Part shown: positions 1 to 8,227 of the stretch, in pieces
Layout of the letters: each line of letters begins with the position of its first letter
Position numbering within the stretch: position 1 is the stretch's first letter
Made by a program: the position numbers and the translations under genes
The notes under the pieces: model-generated
Seen by the model: the letters and a program-made list of their open reading frames with translations, nothing else
Databases searched by the model: none
What the model was told of the DNA's origin: nothing
Virus record (IMG/VR): IMGVR_UViG_2565956611_000003
Coordinates: 1-15,035 of that record
Source: a virus
Lineage: Duplodnaviria; Heunggongvirae; Uroviricota; Caudoviricetes
DNA: 15,035 nucleotides
Direction: 5' to 3' (one strand)

Positions 1-789
1 AGTTTGCTCCTGCCATAACGTGAAGAAGCAATGACCTGGTGGTCCGTGACTTCCCTACGCTGGCATTATCCAGATCAGGTGATACGGGTATTTCTTACTA
101 ATTCCTGTTAGTAATTGATAATAAATAAGTTTTTAAGAATGCATAAATTAAAAGCCTCAAAACTGACCACACAACTGACCACACATTTCGTTGAAGCTCT
201 ACGAACAACGATGAACAATAACAAACAAAAGGGAAATTTGCTGGTGGTTTTGCGTAACCGTTATCATTTTCCGGCTATCCGTCATGAAGCTGGTGGATGA
301 TCTGCGTGGTGATTTCCACCATTCAGAGCAGGGGCGGTCATCATGACCATGCCATAACAAAAACCCCATATTCGTGGGTTTTCTGTGTTGTGGCTATTCT
401 GCCGTTGCCGTGCTGGTGGATATTTCCGGTATGTGGCTCACCATATCGGCATCAGGCCCACCAGCGTGAAGCGTTTTTCATTTTTCGCGGGTATAAAAAA
501 TCGATGGGGCTGGCAGTCCGGAAGACGTCAGGGTACAGAGATTTGACCCGCCCCTCCCTGTGCATGAGCACAATAAGTAACCGAAGGCGGAATTCCGCCC
601 TCGGTGCTCACATATGAGAAACGATATTTCTTACACCGATACCCTTTATTTGGGTATCGCGAGTAAGCCCCAAAATCTGGGTGTTACTCTTACTACCCAA
701 ACTACGGGTAGTTTCATAGTCGAGTTGCAGATCTGCAACTCGCCACCAGTTGCTAAGTGCATTTTTGCACTTTCGGTAATATCAACCAG

Positions 790-1080
790 TTACCGCCGTA
801 AGTGCTCCGGCTTCCTCCACTGGTAAGTATTTTTCGCGCTCTCCCTCCGTTGTTGAGAACGGCGACGGTATGCCAGCAACTCAAGAACTCTGGTTCGTAT
901 GTTGCGCATATCCACGCCGTTAAGCTCAATACCGTCACGGCGCATTACCTCAGCCACCACACGCGCGTAATTTTCGGCTATCACGCTGTCCGGCTGTGTA
1001 GCCTGTTCGTCAGGCTGCTGACTGATTCCGGTAATGCGGCGAATTATTTTTAGTAGATCAGTTTCAGTCATTCTCGTCAT
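790..1080 (-). CDS. Hypothetical small protein (96 aa) immediately downstream of terL
   Basis: ATG at 1080-1078 overlaps the terL stop (ATGA). The first ~75 residues look protein-like; the C-terminal ~20 residues are Arg-rich with rare codons (CGG, AGG), so the true 3' end is uncertain. Confidence 0.4.
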   Translation of the reverse strand: MTRMTETDLLKIIRRITGISQQPDEQATQPDSVIAENYARVVAEVMRRDGIELNGVDMRNIRTRVLELLAYRRRSQQRRESAKNTYQWRKPEHLRR

Positions 1081-2738
1081 ACCCCATCAAATGCCGCAAG
1101 TCGCTCTTTCTGGCTGTCGCTCATATCAAATGCAAATTCCTCATGCTCAGCCTGGAATGTGCCAAACGCCATCAGCGCCGCAACGCTCGGGTCTATCTTA
1201 TTGGATGATTTTTTCTTGTTCGGCTTGATATTGGCGTTCGCGTCACTCTGCATCACAACATTACTCATTGACCAGGCCAGCACCGGATCACCACGATGAA
1301 CAATCACCTTCCGGTTAACAAAAACTTCGAACGATTTCGCCGCCGGACTAAAACGAAGGTACGTTTGCGGGAACGGCTCCACCTCAAATCCCGCTCCCTG
1401 TAGCTGCGTCCTCAGGTGCGTGGCGTTCCATGTATCGAAACCCACCAGCCTGATATTGAAATTCTCTGCATCCGCCATGATGTCATCACGGATACGGTCA
1501 TAATCAATGCAGTCACCCGGTGTTGTGCGTATCCAGCCCGCCTTTGCCCACTGGCGATAGATGGCGCGGTTTTTATTGGCAGGGTTCTGTAGCTGAAATT
1601 CCGGTAGATAGTGACGTGAAACCAGCATAATCTTTTTACCGACCGGAAAGGCATAGCACACGCTGGAAATATCGCTGGTTGATGATAAGTCCAGCCCCGC
1701 ATAGCACTCCTGCCCGTATAAATCCGCCTCAGCGAACGTTCCGGCGCACTCCGCCCATGCACCGTTACCCATCCACGGCGTAGCCCCCTGACACCAGATA
1801 TTGAATCGCTTGGTGAGCATTTCCACCCACTGCGACGGAATACCCCGCGCTTTCTGGATGGTTGAGGCCAGTTTTTCACGATCGACGGAAACATCGATAT
1901 TGGGATTCGCCTTTATCCACATCGCCGGATCGTCAACCTCGCTTTCATCATCCAGCTCGTAAATCAGTACGAACATGGATTCGTTCACCTCTTCACCATC
2001 CAGTATCTGGCAGCAATAGTCGTAGTGTTGTTTACAGGCTGAAACAACGTTGCTCCCCGATGTGGTGATGGCAAATAACAGCCCCTCCGGACGCGCCCCC
2101 ATCCCCAGTTCAAGTGCGGAATAAACCCCGTTGTCTGGGTGCAGGTGATATTCATCCACAATGGCAAGACTCGGGTTTGTCCCCTCAATGGTTGCCGCTT
2201 TTGCTGCCAGTGGCTTTAACAGGCTGTTGGTTTTCGGGTGTATCACCTTGTGCGCCTGAATATTTACCCGCTTTCGTAACGGTCGGGATAAAAGGCACAT
2301 CTGACGCGCATCATCAAACACGATCCGCGCCTGATCACGACTCACGGCGGCGGTGTAAATATCCTGCTGCCCGTTTTCCATAACCAGAAACCAGTTAGCC
2401 AGGATAGCGGCGACCGTGGATTTGGCATTTTTTCGCGGTACTTCAATGAATGCGCTGGTGTATTTGCGCCGTCCGGTGGCCTTAACCTTAAATCCCAGGA
2501 TGCAGGCAAAGGCGAACTGCTGCCACGGCTCAAGTTCAATGGGGCTACCGCGCATTGCGCCTTTTACGTGCGGGCACACCCGGGAAAAGGCAATAAACCG
2601 CTCCACGACCTCCGGATCGAACGTGTAAAGGGAGTTTTCAAGGTCAGAAAAATACCGTTTAACAGCCTGTTTCAGTCGTTTACAGGCCGTAATTTTGCCG
2701 TTTTTTACGCCTTCTGCGTACTCATGCCAGGCGGTCAA
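1077..2738 (-). CDS. terL: Terminase large subunit (Terminase_1 / HK97-like family)
   Basis: 553-aa ORF with a Walker-A-like motif (VPRKNAKST) near the N-terminus and typical TerL size. Start is TTG at 2738 preceded by a strong SD (AGAGGAAGAGGA) and overlaps the terS 3' end by 17 nt. Sits directly after TerS and HNH. Confidence 0.9.
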   Translation of the reverse strand: MTAWHEYAEGVKNGKITACKRLKQAVKRYFSDLENSLYTFDPEVVERFIAFSRVCPHVKGAMRGSPIELEPWQQFAFACILGFKVKATGRRKYTSAFIEVPRKNAKSTVAAILANWFLVMENGQQDIYTAAVSRDQARIVFDDARQMCLLSRPLRKRVNIQAHKVIHPKTNSLLKPLAAKAATIEGTNPSLAIVDEYHLHPDNGVYSALELGMGARPEGLLFAITTSGSNVVSACKQHYDYCCQILDGEEVNESMFVLIYELDDESEVDDPAMWIKANPNIDVSVDREKLASTIQKARGIPSQWVEMLTKRFNIWCQGATPWMGNGAWAECAGTFAEADLYGQECYAGLDLSSTSDISSVCYAFPVGKKIMLVSRHYLPEFQLQNPANKNRAIYRQWAKAGWIRTTPGDCIDYDRIRDDIMADAENFNIRLVGFDTWNATHLRTQLQGAGFEVEPFPQTYLRFSPAAKSFEVFVNRKVIVHRGDPVLAWSMSNVVMQSDANANIKPNKKKSSNKIDPSVAALMAFGTFQAEHEEFAFDMSDSQKERLAAFDGV

Positions 2739-3078
2739 GTTCGTCCTCTTCCTCTGTTTCCGGTGGATTTCTGCGACGGCTTACCGGGTCAAAACCCAGC
2801 AAAGAAGCCATTTTGATCATTATTCTTTCTGCGTCAGCCTTTGCGCTCAGTGCGGGGTTTCTGCTCTCGCTGCCCTGACTGTTAACAATGCTGAACCCGC
2901 GCGTCGCAAGGTCTTCGACGGCTTTGCGGTATATAGAGTAGTTAACGCAATACAGTTCCAGATTGCTCCAGTCGGCGGGGGTAAGGTCTTCCCGCCCGGA
3001 AAGCTGGCGTGATTTTTCCTTCCACTGCCTGACCGCGATTTCATCCAGGTAAGCGGGGGCTTTTGGTGGTCTTGCCAT
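2722..3078 (-). CDS. terS: Terminase small subunit, P27 family
   Basis: Translation from the internal ATG at 3078 (MARPPKAPAYLDEIAVRQW...LELYCVNYSIYRKAVEDL...RNPALSA...GFDPVSRRR) fits the P27-type small terminase pattern. The ORF-track N-terminal extension to 3219 has non-protein-like composition and would cover the putative cos region. Confidence 0.8.
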   Translation of the reverse strand: MARPPKAPAYLDEIAVRQWKEKSRQLSGREDLTPADWSNLELYCVNYSIYRKAVEDLATRGFSIVNSQGSESRNPALSAKADAERIMIKMASLLGFDPVSRRRNPPETEEEDELDRLA

Positions 3079-3129
3079 GTTCTTTTTTCGCCCAATTATT
3101 TTCAAAAAAATTACCGTGCACAAAAATTT

Positions 3130-3189
3130 GAGGGGGCGGTCGGTGTCCGGCAGGGACGGTTTCGTCCTGAAAACCACCCCCACCCCCTC
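3130..3189. other. Candidate cos / packaging recognition region between HNH and terS
   Basis: 288-bp non-coding gap (3079-3366). GAGGGGG (3130-3136) and CCCCCTC (3183-3189) flank a GGACG-GTTT-CGTCC hairpin (3154-3167), with C5 tracts at 3176-3187. HNH-cos-terS-terL is the usual layout of HK97-like cos phages. Confidence 0.35.
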
Positions 3190-3366
3190 TGACGGCCTCA
3201 CCAGCGATTGCGAAAACATTCCATGACCTCGCGGTCACGGTCGGTTAATCGCTTCGCTGTGGTGCGTTTTGTGCGCCCTGTCCTGTTGGCTTTGTGCTCT
3301 GTCTCCTGTGTCTTCCATGTGTCACGCTGCCTTATCAGTCCACGTATCAGCCTGGTTTGCTCCTGT

Positions 3367-3807
3367 TCAGTCATCATCGCCATACATCCAGTTGTTACGG
3401 TGTGCCGCCCGTTCTTCCTGCTCGCGATACATGCCCGCTTTACGGTTTGCTTTCGTGGCTGGATCTTCTCGTGTCGTCTTACGGTTGTGGCACGTCTGGC
3501 ACAATGCCTGGTGATTCCACTCAGGCCAGAAGAGAACATCACCGCCGCCATTGATGGGAATGATGTGATCCACCACAAGAGCTGGCGTATAAATCCCCTT
3601 AGCCAGACAACGCACGCATAACGGGTTTTTGCTCAGGTACAGGGCGCGGTATTTGTCCCACTGTCGGGAATACCCGCGCGCGCGGCGGTGTCCCCGTCTG
3701 GCATCCTCTGCACGCCATGCAGCCCGCCTGTGCTCTTCACACTTGCCGGACTTCACGCGCTTATTACAGCCAGGCTCAGTGCATCGCCTTAATGGTTGCC
3801 ACGGCAT
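3367..3807 (-). CDS. HNH endonuclease (terminase-associated, phage packaging type)
   Basis: 146-aa ORF with CxxC...DHIIPINGGG...N...CQTCHNRKT, a classic HNH zinc-finger nuclease motif. ATG at 3807 overlaps the connector stop by 1 nt. Located immediately upstream of terS. Confidence 0.85.
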   Translation of the reverse strand: MPWQPLRRCTEPGCNKRVKSGKCEEHRRAAWRAEDARRGHRRARGYSRQWDKYRALYLSKNPLCVRCLAKGIYTPALVVDHIIPINGGGDVLFWPEWNHQALCQTCHNRKTTREDPATKANRKAGMYREQEERAAHRNNWMYGDDD

Positions 3808-4109
3808 CAGTACACCCCTACGTCACGATAAACTGACCAGAGCGCAGAAATAGCCATAGGCAGTTCCGAGTGCTCCACTGGTGAAACCGCTTCCCGGTTC
3901 TCGTACAGGAAAGCGATGTACATCAGGCAACCAACACGCATTGCCGGGGTAAATTCCAGCCCGTCTTCAAAACGTTTCCCGATATGCTTCTGGCAGGCTT
4001 CCAGCGCCGCATCGGTATACATTTTCAGAAGTTCGCCTTCACCGGATAAATCATCATCAAGTCGAAGATGTGCCCTGACTTCATCAGGTGTAATTCTGGC
4101 TTCACTCAT
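3807..4109 (-). CDS. Head-tail connector / adaptor protein, gp6-like
   Basis: 101 aa from ATG 4109 (MSEARITPDEVRAHLRLDDD...LLKMYTDAALEACQKHIGKRF...), matching the gp6-like head-tail connector pattern. SD GGGAGA lies in the portal 3' end; 8-nt overlap with the portal stop. The ORF-track GTG start at 4196 would sit deep inside the portal gene. Confidence 0.75.
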   Translation of the reverse strand: MSEARITPDEVRAHLRLDDDLSGEGELLKMYTDAALEACQKHIGKRFEDGLEFTPAMRVGCLMYIAFLYENREAVSPVEHSELPMAISALWSVYRDVGVY

Positions 4110-5316
4110 CTTTTCTCCCTTTAATTTCCACAGTCTGTTTCCATGCCTGGCTGAACTCATCACCACCTTCACGCGGCGGCATACCCTCACGCTCACGGGC
4201 TTCGTTCGGATTCATGATCCCGTTCTTAATCCCTTTCTCATACGTGGCATAACGTTCGGTGGGTGTGGCGCGTAATAAATCGGCTGAATCAAACTCAACC
4301 AGATAACGGGTACCAGGTACGGGAGAAGCCACCAGCAAAGCGGCCTTGATTTGCTGTTCGAAGTTCGCCAGCCACGGGCGCATTGTCATGGTCAGAAACG
4401 CGCGGCTTGCCTCGCTGAAATTGCTGTAGGTGCTGTTGCTGTATTCCTGCAGAAAAATAGGCGATACGTTGAACATGCGGGCGATGTCTTCAATGGAGAA
4501 GCGACGGGAGGCCAGCCATTCCGCATCCTGGTTACTCATTCCCAGTTGCCTGTAATCCATGCCCCCTTCAAGGATTGGCGTTTTTCCGGCATTTTTCGCC
4601 CCCTTGTAGCGTTCCAGAGCATCCAATGCCTGTTTACCTTTCACGCCGTCCAGCCATTCGCCTGACGTGATAATCCCTGCCGCCATCATGCCATCTTTCA
4701 TAATGCTGGCTCCGTGACGCTGTTGAGCAAGGCCAAGCCCCAGCGCCTCACGGCAAATCGTGACGGGGGAACGCCCCAGAAAGCCATCATCCGAGGCATA
4801 GCGGAGATGCAAAACTTCTTCCTGTAAATACGTGCGCACCGTTCCTGTACAGGGTTCGGTGATGGTATAGCGGTATTTGTGTGCGCCTGTGCGTTCCGGT
4901 ACAACACACCCCGGCGCATAAGGATGAAGTGATTTTGGCTGCCCGTCCTGCCCCCACTCAATAACCGCATAGGCGTTACCGTTCAGCAGGCAGTGACGCA
5001 TCATTGTGCGTTTAAACTGGTAAGGTGTCTGGCACGAATTAGGCTGCTCATTCAGCAGAATATCTACTGGGTGACTGTCCAGCCATTCCCGCGCCTCCCT
5101 GCCCTTGTCATTACGTACCAGATACAGATAACACGGCATCGTGGCCACCGCCTCAGCGATGACAGAAACCGCATTCATCACTGCAGGCAATGATTCAGCC
5201 GTCCCGGCAGAAACATATTCTCCGGATCCGGTATTCGGTACGCCGGACAGCGCCAGAAAATCATCAATGGACAGGTTACGCTGCTCGCTTTTTTTACGAC
5301 TAAAAGGCCACCACAT
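4102..5316 (-). CDS. Portal protein, HK97 family
   Basis: 405 aa from ATG 5316 (MWWPFSRKKSEQRNLSIDDFLAL...), 1 nt after the protease stop. Size and position between protease and connector fit a portal. The ORF-track TTG start at 5406 would overlap the protease gene by about 90 nt. Confidence 0.85.
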   Translation of the reverse strand: MWWPFSRKKSEQRNLSIDDFLALSGVPNTGSGEYVSAGTAESLPAVMNAVSVIAEAVATMPCYLYLVRNDKGREAREWLDSHPVDILLNEQPNSCQTPYQFKRTMMRHCLLNGNAYAVIEWGQDGQPKSLHPYAPGCVVPERTGAHKYRYTITEPCTGTVRTYLQEEVLHLRYASDDGFLGRSPVTICREALGLGLAQQRHGASIMKDGMMAAGIITSGEWLDGVKGKQALDALERYKGAKNAGKTPILEGGMDYRQLGMSNQDAEWLASRRFSIEDIARMFNVSPIFLQEYSNSTYSNFSEASRAFLTMTMRPWLANFEQQIKAALLVASPVPGTRYLVEFDSADLLRATPTERYATYEKGIKNGIMNPNEAREREGMPPREGGDEFSQAWKQTVEIKGRKDE

Positions 5317-5317
5317 A

Positions 5318-5878
5318 TCACAACCCCGCCAGCTCAGACCAGCGATGACGATTATTTCCTGTCGGACGTAATTCAGGGTGCTGTGCAAACAACGAACGGT
5401 GGGCAATCTCCACGCCAGATTCTGGATAAGCAGGCATCGACGTTATTGTGATTTCACGGAGTTCAGCGGCGGTTACGGTACGCAGATACGGTTTTTGCGC
5501 GATACTCCACTCCTCGCATAATGCGCGAAAACCAAAGCTCATTCCTGTAATGTCGCCACGCTCCACCAGCGTAAGCACATCTTTTCCAAGCTGGGTATCC
5601 GGCGGTGTCAGTTCAAAACGTAACCCGGTGTTATCCTCAGTCAGTACCAGAGTGCCGGATTTGGTGCGCCCCAGCAGTTGGGTATAGTCATGCTCATACA
5701 GGCAGCGCACATCATTACCCGTCGCCAGATAGTCAGCAAAAGCCCCCGGCGTGAACTGTTCGCGGAATTCGTCCCAGATAATTTCTGAAAGGCTGTTCCA
5801 GCGAACGGCATACCCCACCAGCTTTTTATTGCTGGCGGTCAGTTCAGATGTGCGGATTTCAAAATCGGTGTTTTTCAT
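5318..5878 (-). CDS. Prohead maturation protease, HK97 family (S78-type)
   Basis: 186 aa with VGYAVRWN...H...ITGMSFGF motifs typical of HK97 prohead proteases. ATG at 5878 with GGAG 8 nt upstream. Confidence 0.85.
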   Translation of the reverse strand: MKNTDFEIRTSELTASNKKLVGYAVRWNSLSEIIWDEFREQFTPGAFADYLATGNDVRCLYEHDYTQLLGRTKSGTLVLTEDNTGLRFELTPPDTQLGKDVLTLVERGDITGMSFGFRALCEEWSIAQKPYLRTVTAAELREITITSMPAYPESGVEIAHRSLFAQHPELRPTGNNRHRWSELAGL

Positions 5879-5897
5879 CGGTGTACTCCATAAAGCT

Positions 5898-5920
5898 GAA
5901 AAAGGAGGCCGCAGCCTCCT
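5898..5920 (-). terminator. Intra-operon stem-loop plus U-run (attenuator-like) between capsid and protease genes
   Basis: On the minus-strand transcript, 7-bp stem AGGAGGC/GCCTCCT with 4-nt loop, followed by UUUUU, in the 54-nt gap after the capsid stop (5933) and before the protease start (5878). Confidence 0.5.
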
Positions 5921-5932
5921 CCTTACTCATGA

Positions 5933-7102
5933 CTAGCCAGCTTTCATTTCCAGAATTTTGATGGCGTTTGAATCCACCACACCACCGCCCAGATATTTAT
6001 CCGTGTGGACCTTGTAGAATCCGGGTTCAGTAATGTTGTCCGGTCGGGTGCGAATCCCTGTTACATGATCAACGATGAAATAACCACGACTGAAATCGCC
6101 AACCGCTAGCGGTGCTTTTCCTGCGCCGATGTCCGGCATGGACTCCAGGCAGTAAACAGGACGACCAAGCAACATATCCGGCGCACCTTCTTTAAGGCTG
6201 TCGCGCCAGATATAATCGCCGTTCTCATTTTTCAGCTTCTGTAGTGTCCCTGCCGTGCCCGAGTTCATCACCCAGACGGCATTTTTGCGGTATTTCGCTT
6301 TCAGCTTGTAGAGAATGTCGATCAGTTCGTCCGCTGTAATGGCGGTTCCACTTGCCGCTACTATTTTTTCAATGGTGCCAAAAGCGCGGGTTTTGTCACT
6401 GGTCGCCGCACGGGTGTAAGCCATGAAGCCTTTCGGCTTGCCGTTACCGTCGCCATTAACAAAATCATCCTCTTCGGTGCTGGCGAACGTGTCGGCAATT
6501 TCGGAGGATAACCAGCCCAGAATATCCACCTCTGAAAAATCCAGGATTTCCTGCGTGGTTTTCGGGTAGGCGTAGATCGGATTCAACTTGATGGTTACGC
6601 GTTCAATTTTCGGGGTGTTGGTTTCACTGCGTGCGCTGCCTTCTGTGCCTCGTCCTACAGTTGCGCCGCCAGTGGAAACCAGTTTCTGAAACTCATTTGA
6701 TTTTGCGGTCTTCACGGTCGCGATCACGCGCATAACACTGTCATCCTGTAGCTGGCGCATGACTTCGCGATCAAGCTCAGGAATTACGGTATATCCGCCA
6801 TCCCTGCCGCTGTCAGTGCTGGTGGACAGTGATCGCACATCTCCGGTTACGATGTAGTTACGCAATTCATCAGATGATAATTTCTGGATGCCCGTTCCTG
6901 GCTTGCTGCGTTCTTCATCAGCCACAGACTCGAGGCGGGAAATTTCTGTGTCGAGGGCATCAGCTTTTGCACGCAGTTCATCAAACTGTTTGCCTTCTTC
7001 AGCGTTCAGACTACGGTTTTCACTGTCGGCTTTTTCCAGCAGGGATCGCATCTGGTTTTTCAGGGCGTTTTTTTGCTGGCGGAGTTCGATTAATTTCTTC
7101 AT
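5933..7102 (-). CDS. Major capsid protein, HK97 family
   Basis: 389 aa with an N-terminal coiled-coil delta-like region (MKKLIELRQQKNALKNQMRSLLEKA...) and a body containing DFVNGDGNGKPKGF, typical of the HK97 fold. First gene of the head operon. Confidence 0.9.
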   Translation of the reverse strand: MKKLIELRQQKNALKNQMRSLLEKADSENRSLNAEEGKQFDELRAKADALDTEISRLESVADEERSKPGTGIQKLSSDELRNYIVTGDVRSLSTSTDSGRDGGYTVIPELDREVMRQLQDDSVMRVIATVKTAKSNEFQKLVSTGGATVGRGTEGSARSETNTPKIERVTIKLNPIYAYPKTTQEILDFSEVDILGWLSSEIADTFASTEEDDFVNGDGNGKPKGFMAYTRAATSDKTRAFGTIEKIVAASGTAITADELIDILYKLKAKYRKNAVWVMNSGTAGTLQKLKNENGDYIWRDSLKEGAPDMLLGRPVYCLESMPDIGAGKAPLAVGDFSRGYFIVDHVTGIRTRPDNITEPGFYKVHTDKYLGGGVVDSNAIKILEMKAG

Positions 7103-7388
7103 GAAGGTTTTCTCGTATTGGTTAAGATTCAGGACGTGAAACCAACACGGGGGGAGCGCCGCCCGACACTCTCGGCATCTCGCAGATCAACCCGGCATCG
7201 CGCAGGGGGTCAGGCGGCATTGTGGCGGCTCACGTCTGAGTGCCACGCTCCAACATATACATAAAAATCAGTATGTAAACACCTGTCAGTCAGACCGAAC
7301 AACCACGAAAGAACACGAACAAATAATTTACAAAAGAAGTAAACCATGGCCTATTATTGCTGTCTCTGACTACAACAAAGGACGCATC

Positions 7389-7895
7389 ATGAATTTAAGC
7401 GCAATGGTATATCCTGATACTTTCATAATTAATGGCGAATCATTCAGAGGTAAAAGAAACGCAAAAGAAAACAAGGTATTAATTCCATATACAAATGAAC
7501 CGGAAGTAACTATTGGTCAACACATTATCCAGCGTGTCGGTAAAAACGAGATAAATCTAAAAATTATAGATATGAAGTTGCTTCCCAATGGAACCCGCAG
7601 ACAGGGAACCAATCATCCAAATATGTTGACTCTCTATATTGAAAATATCACGGGAAATGAACATATGACGCCAACTAAAAGTAATACATTTAACATTGGT
7701 TCAATTAGTGGTGATCAAGTGCAGATAGGTGAGCATAACCATATGCTGGTAAACATCAGCATCACTGAACTGGTTGAAAAAGTCGCTAAATCGGGGGATG
7801 TACAAGCCAAATCAGTATTAAAGCAGTTACTGGAAAACAGTACCGTTGCCAGCATTGTTGGGGCTGGCGCAAGTGCCCTAATAGGCTTACTGTAA
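7389..7895 (+). CDS. Hypothetical protein (168 aa), AT-rich cargo gene with hydrophobic C-terminal segment
   Basis: ATG 7389 with AAGGA 7 nt upstream. Visibly AT-rich compared with flanking genes. The C-terminus (STVASIVGAGASALIGLL) is hydrophobic and Gly/Ala-rich. Stand-alone plus-strand gene followed by a strong terminator. No family recognised. Confidence 0.6.
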   Translation: MNLSAMVYPDTFIINGESFRGKRNAKENKVLIPYTNEPEVTIGQHIIQRVGKNEINLKIIDMKLLPNGTRRQGTNHPNMLTLYIENITGNEHMTPTKSNTFNIGSISGDQVQIGEHNHMLVNISITELVEKVAKSGDVQAKSVLKQLLENSTVASIVGAGASALIGLL

Positions 7896-7932
7896 AAAAA
7901 TGGCCTGGATTTTACCAGGCCTTTATTATTTT
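7896..7932. terminator. Bidirectional rho-independent terminator
   Basis: GGCCTGG (7902-7908), loop ATTTTA, CCAGGCC (7915-7921), flanked by A8 upstream and TTTATTATTTT downstream, so U-runs on both strands. Sits between the convergent 168-aa gene and the minus-strand replication-module operon. Confidence 0.7.
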
Positions 7933-8227
7933 ACCGTTTCACGGGATCTCGCATTCTGCGCCTTATTTTCCACAGATATTCGATCATCGCTTCCACCTGC
8001 TCACGGTTGGTTGCGAAAATTTCCCCGGTCAGTGAGCTACGCAGAAAATCATGATGATCCACAACAAACAACGCATCGGAAGAAAGCAGACGGCGATATT
8101 TTTTTGCTGTCATGGTTTCCAGATCATCAAAATCATGAAACTTTTTATGTTGCTGGACTTCTTCAAATGTCACTGGAATGTCCCCTCTGTTGTCGCTAAA
8201 ACGGTATGTTGTCCCCGTACGGATCAT
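7931..8227 (-). CDS. Hypothetical protein (98 aa)
   Basis: Protein-like composition; last gene of the minus operon running from the iteron region; overlaps the SSB 3' end. The start is ambiguous (ATG 8227 or ATG 8113) and no strong SD is seen. Confidence 0.45.
   Translation of the reverse strand: MIRTGTTYRFSDNRGDIPVTFEEVQQHKKFHDFDDLETMTAKKYRRLLSSDALFVVDHHDFLRSSLTGEIFATNREQVEAMIEYLWKIRRRMRDPVKR

Noticed and set aside
359-382. AAAACCC-N8-GGGTTTT hairpin as a terminator
   Set aside because: The stem is mostly A/T with only 3-4 G:C pairs and the T-run is part of the stem itself; too weak to call by eye.
115-826. Three consecutive plus-strand ORFs (61, 106 and 70 aa) at the left end
   Set aside because: TTG or weak starts, no SD, junk-like composition, and they cross the palindromic elements. 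The region is more plausibly non-coding, though genes under 60 aa on either strand cannot be excluded.
1412-1894. 160-aa minus-strand ORF inside terL
   Set aside because: Alternative frame wholly inside the well-supported terminase large subunit gene; Arg/Ser/Trp-rich composition typical of an out-of-frame GC-rich read.
3198-3578. 126-aa minus-strand ORF overlapping the HNH 3' half and the putative cos region, including a possible 58-aa basic ORF starting at ATG 3374
   Set aside because: The upstream part is an alternative frame of the HNH gene. The 58-aa remainder is highly basic and full of rare codons (AGG, ATA, CGA) and occupies the structured cos-like gap. It cannot be excluded as a small nucleic-acid-binding protein, but the evidence is insufficient.
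3208-3621. 137-aa plus-strand ORF opposite HNH and cos
   Set aside because: Antisense to the HNH gene, Cys/Val/Leu-rich, no SD; chance ORF.
4196-5406. ORF-track long starts for connector (GTG 4196) and portal (TTG 5406)
   Set aside because: Both extensions run about 90 nt into the upstream gene and lack an SD. Internal ATGs at 4109 and 5316 have SD or coupling context and give N-termini typical of the families.
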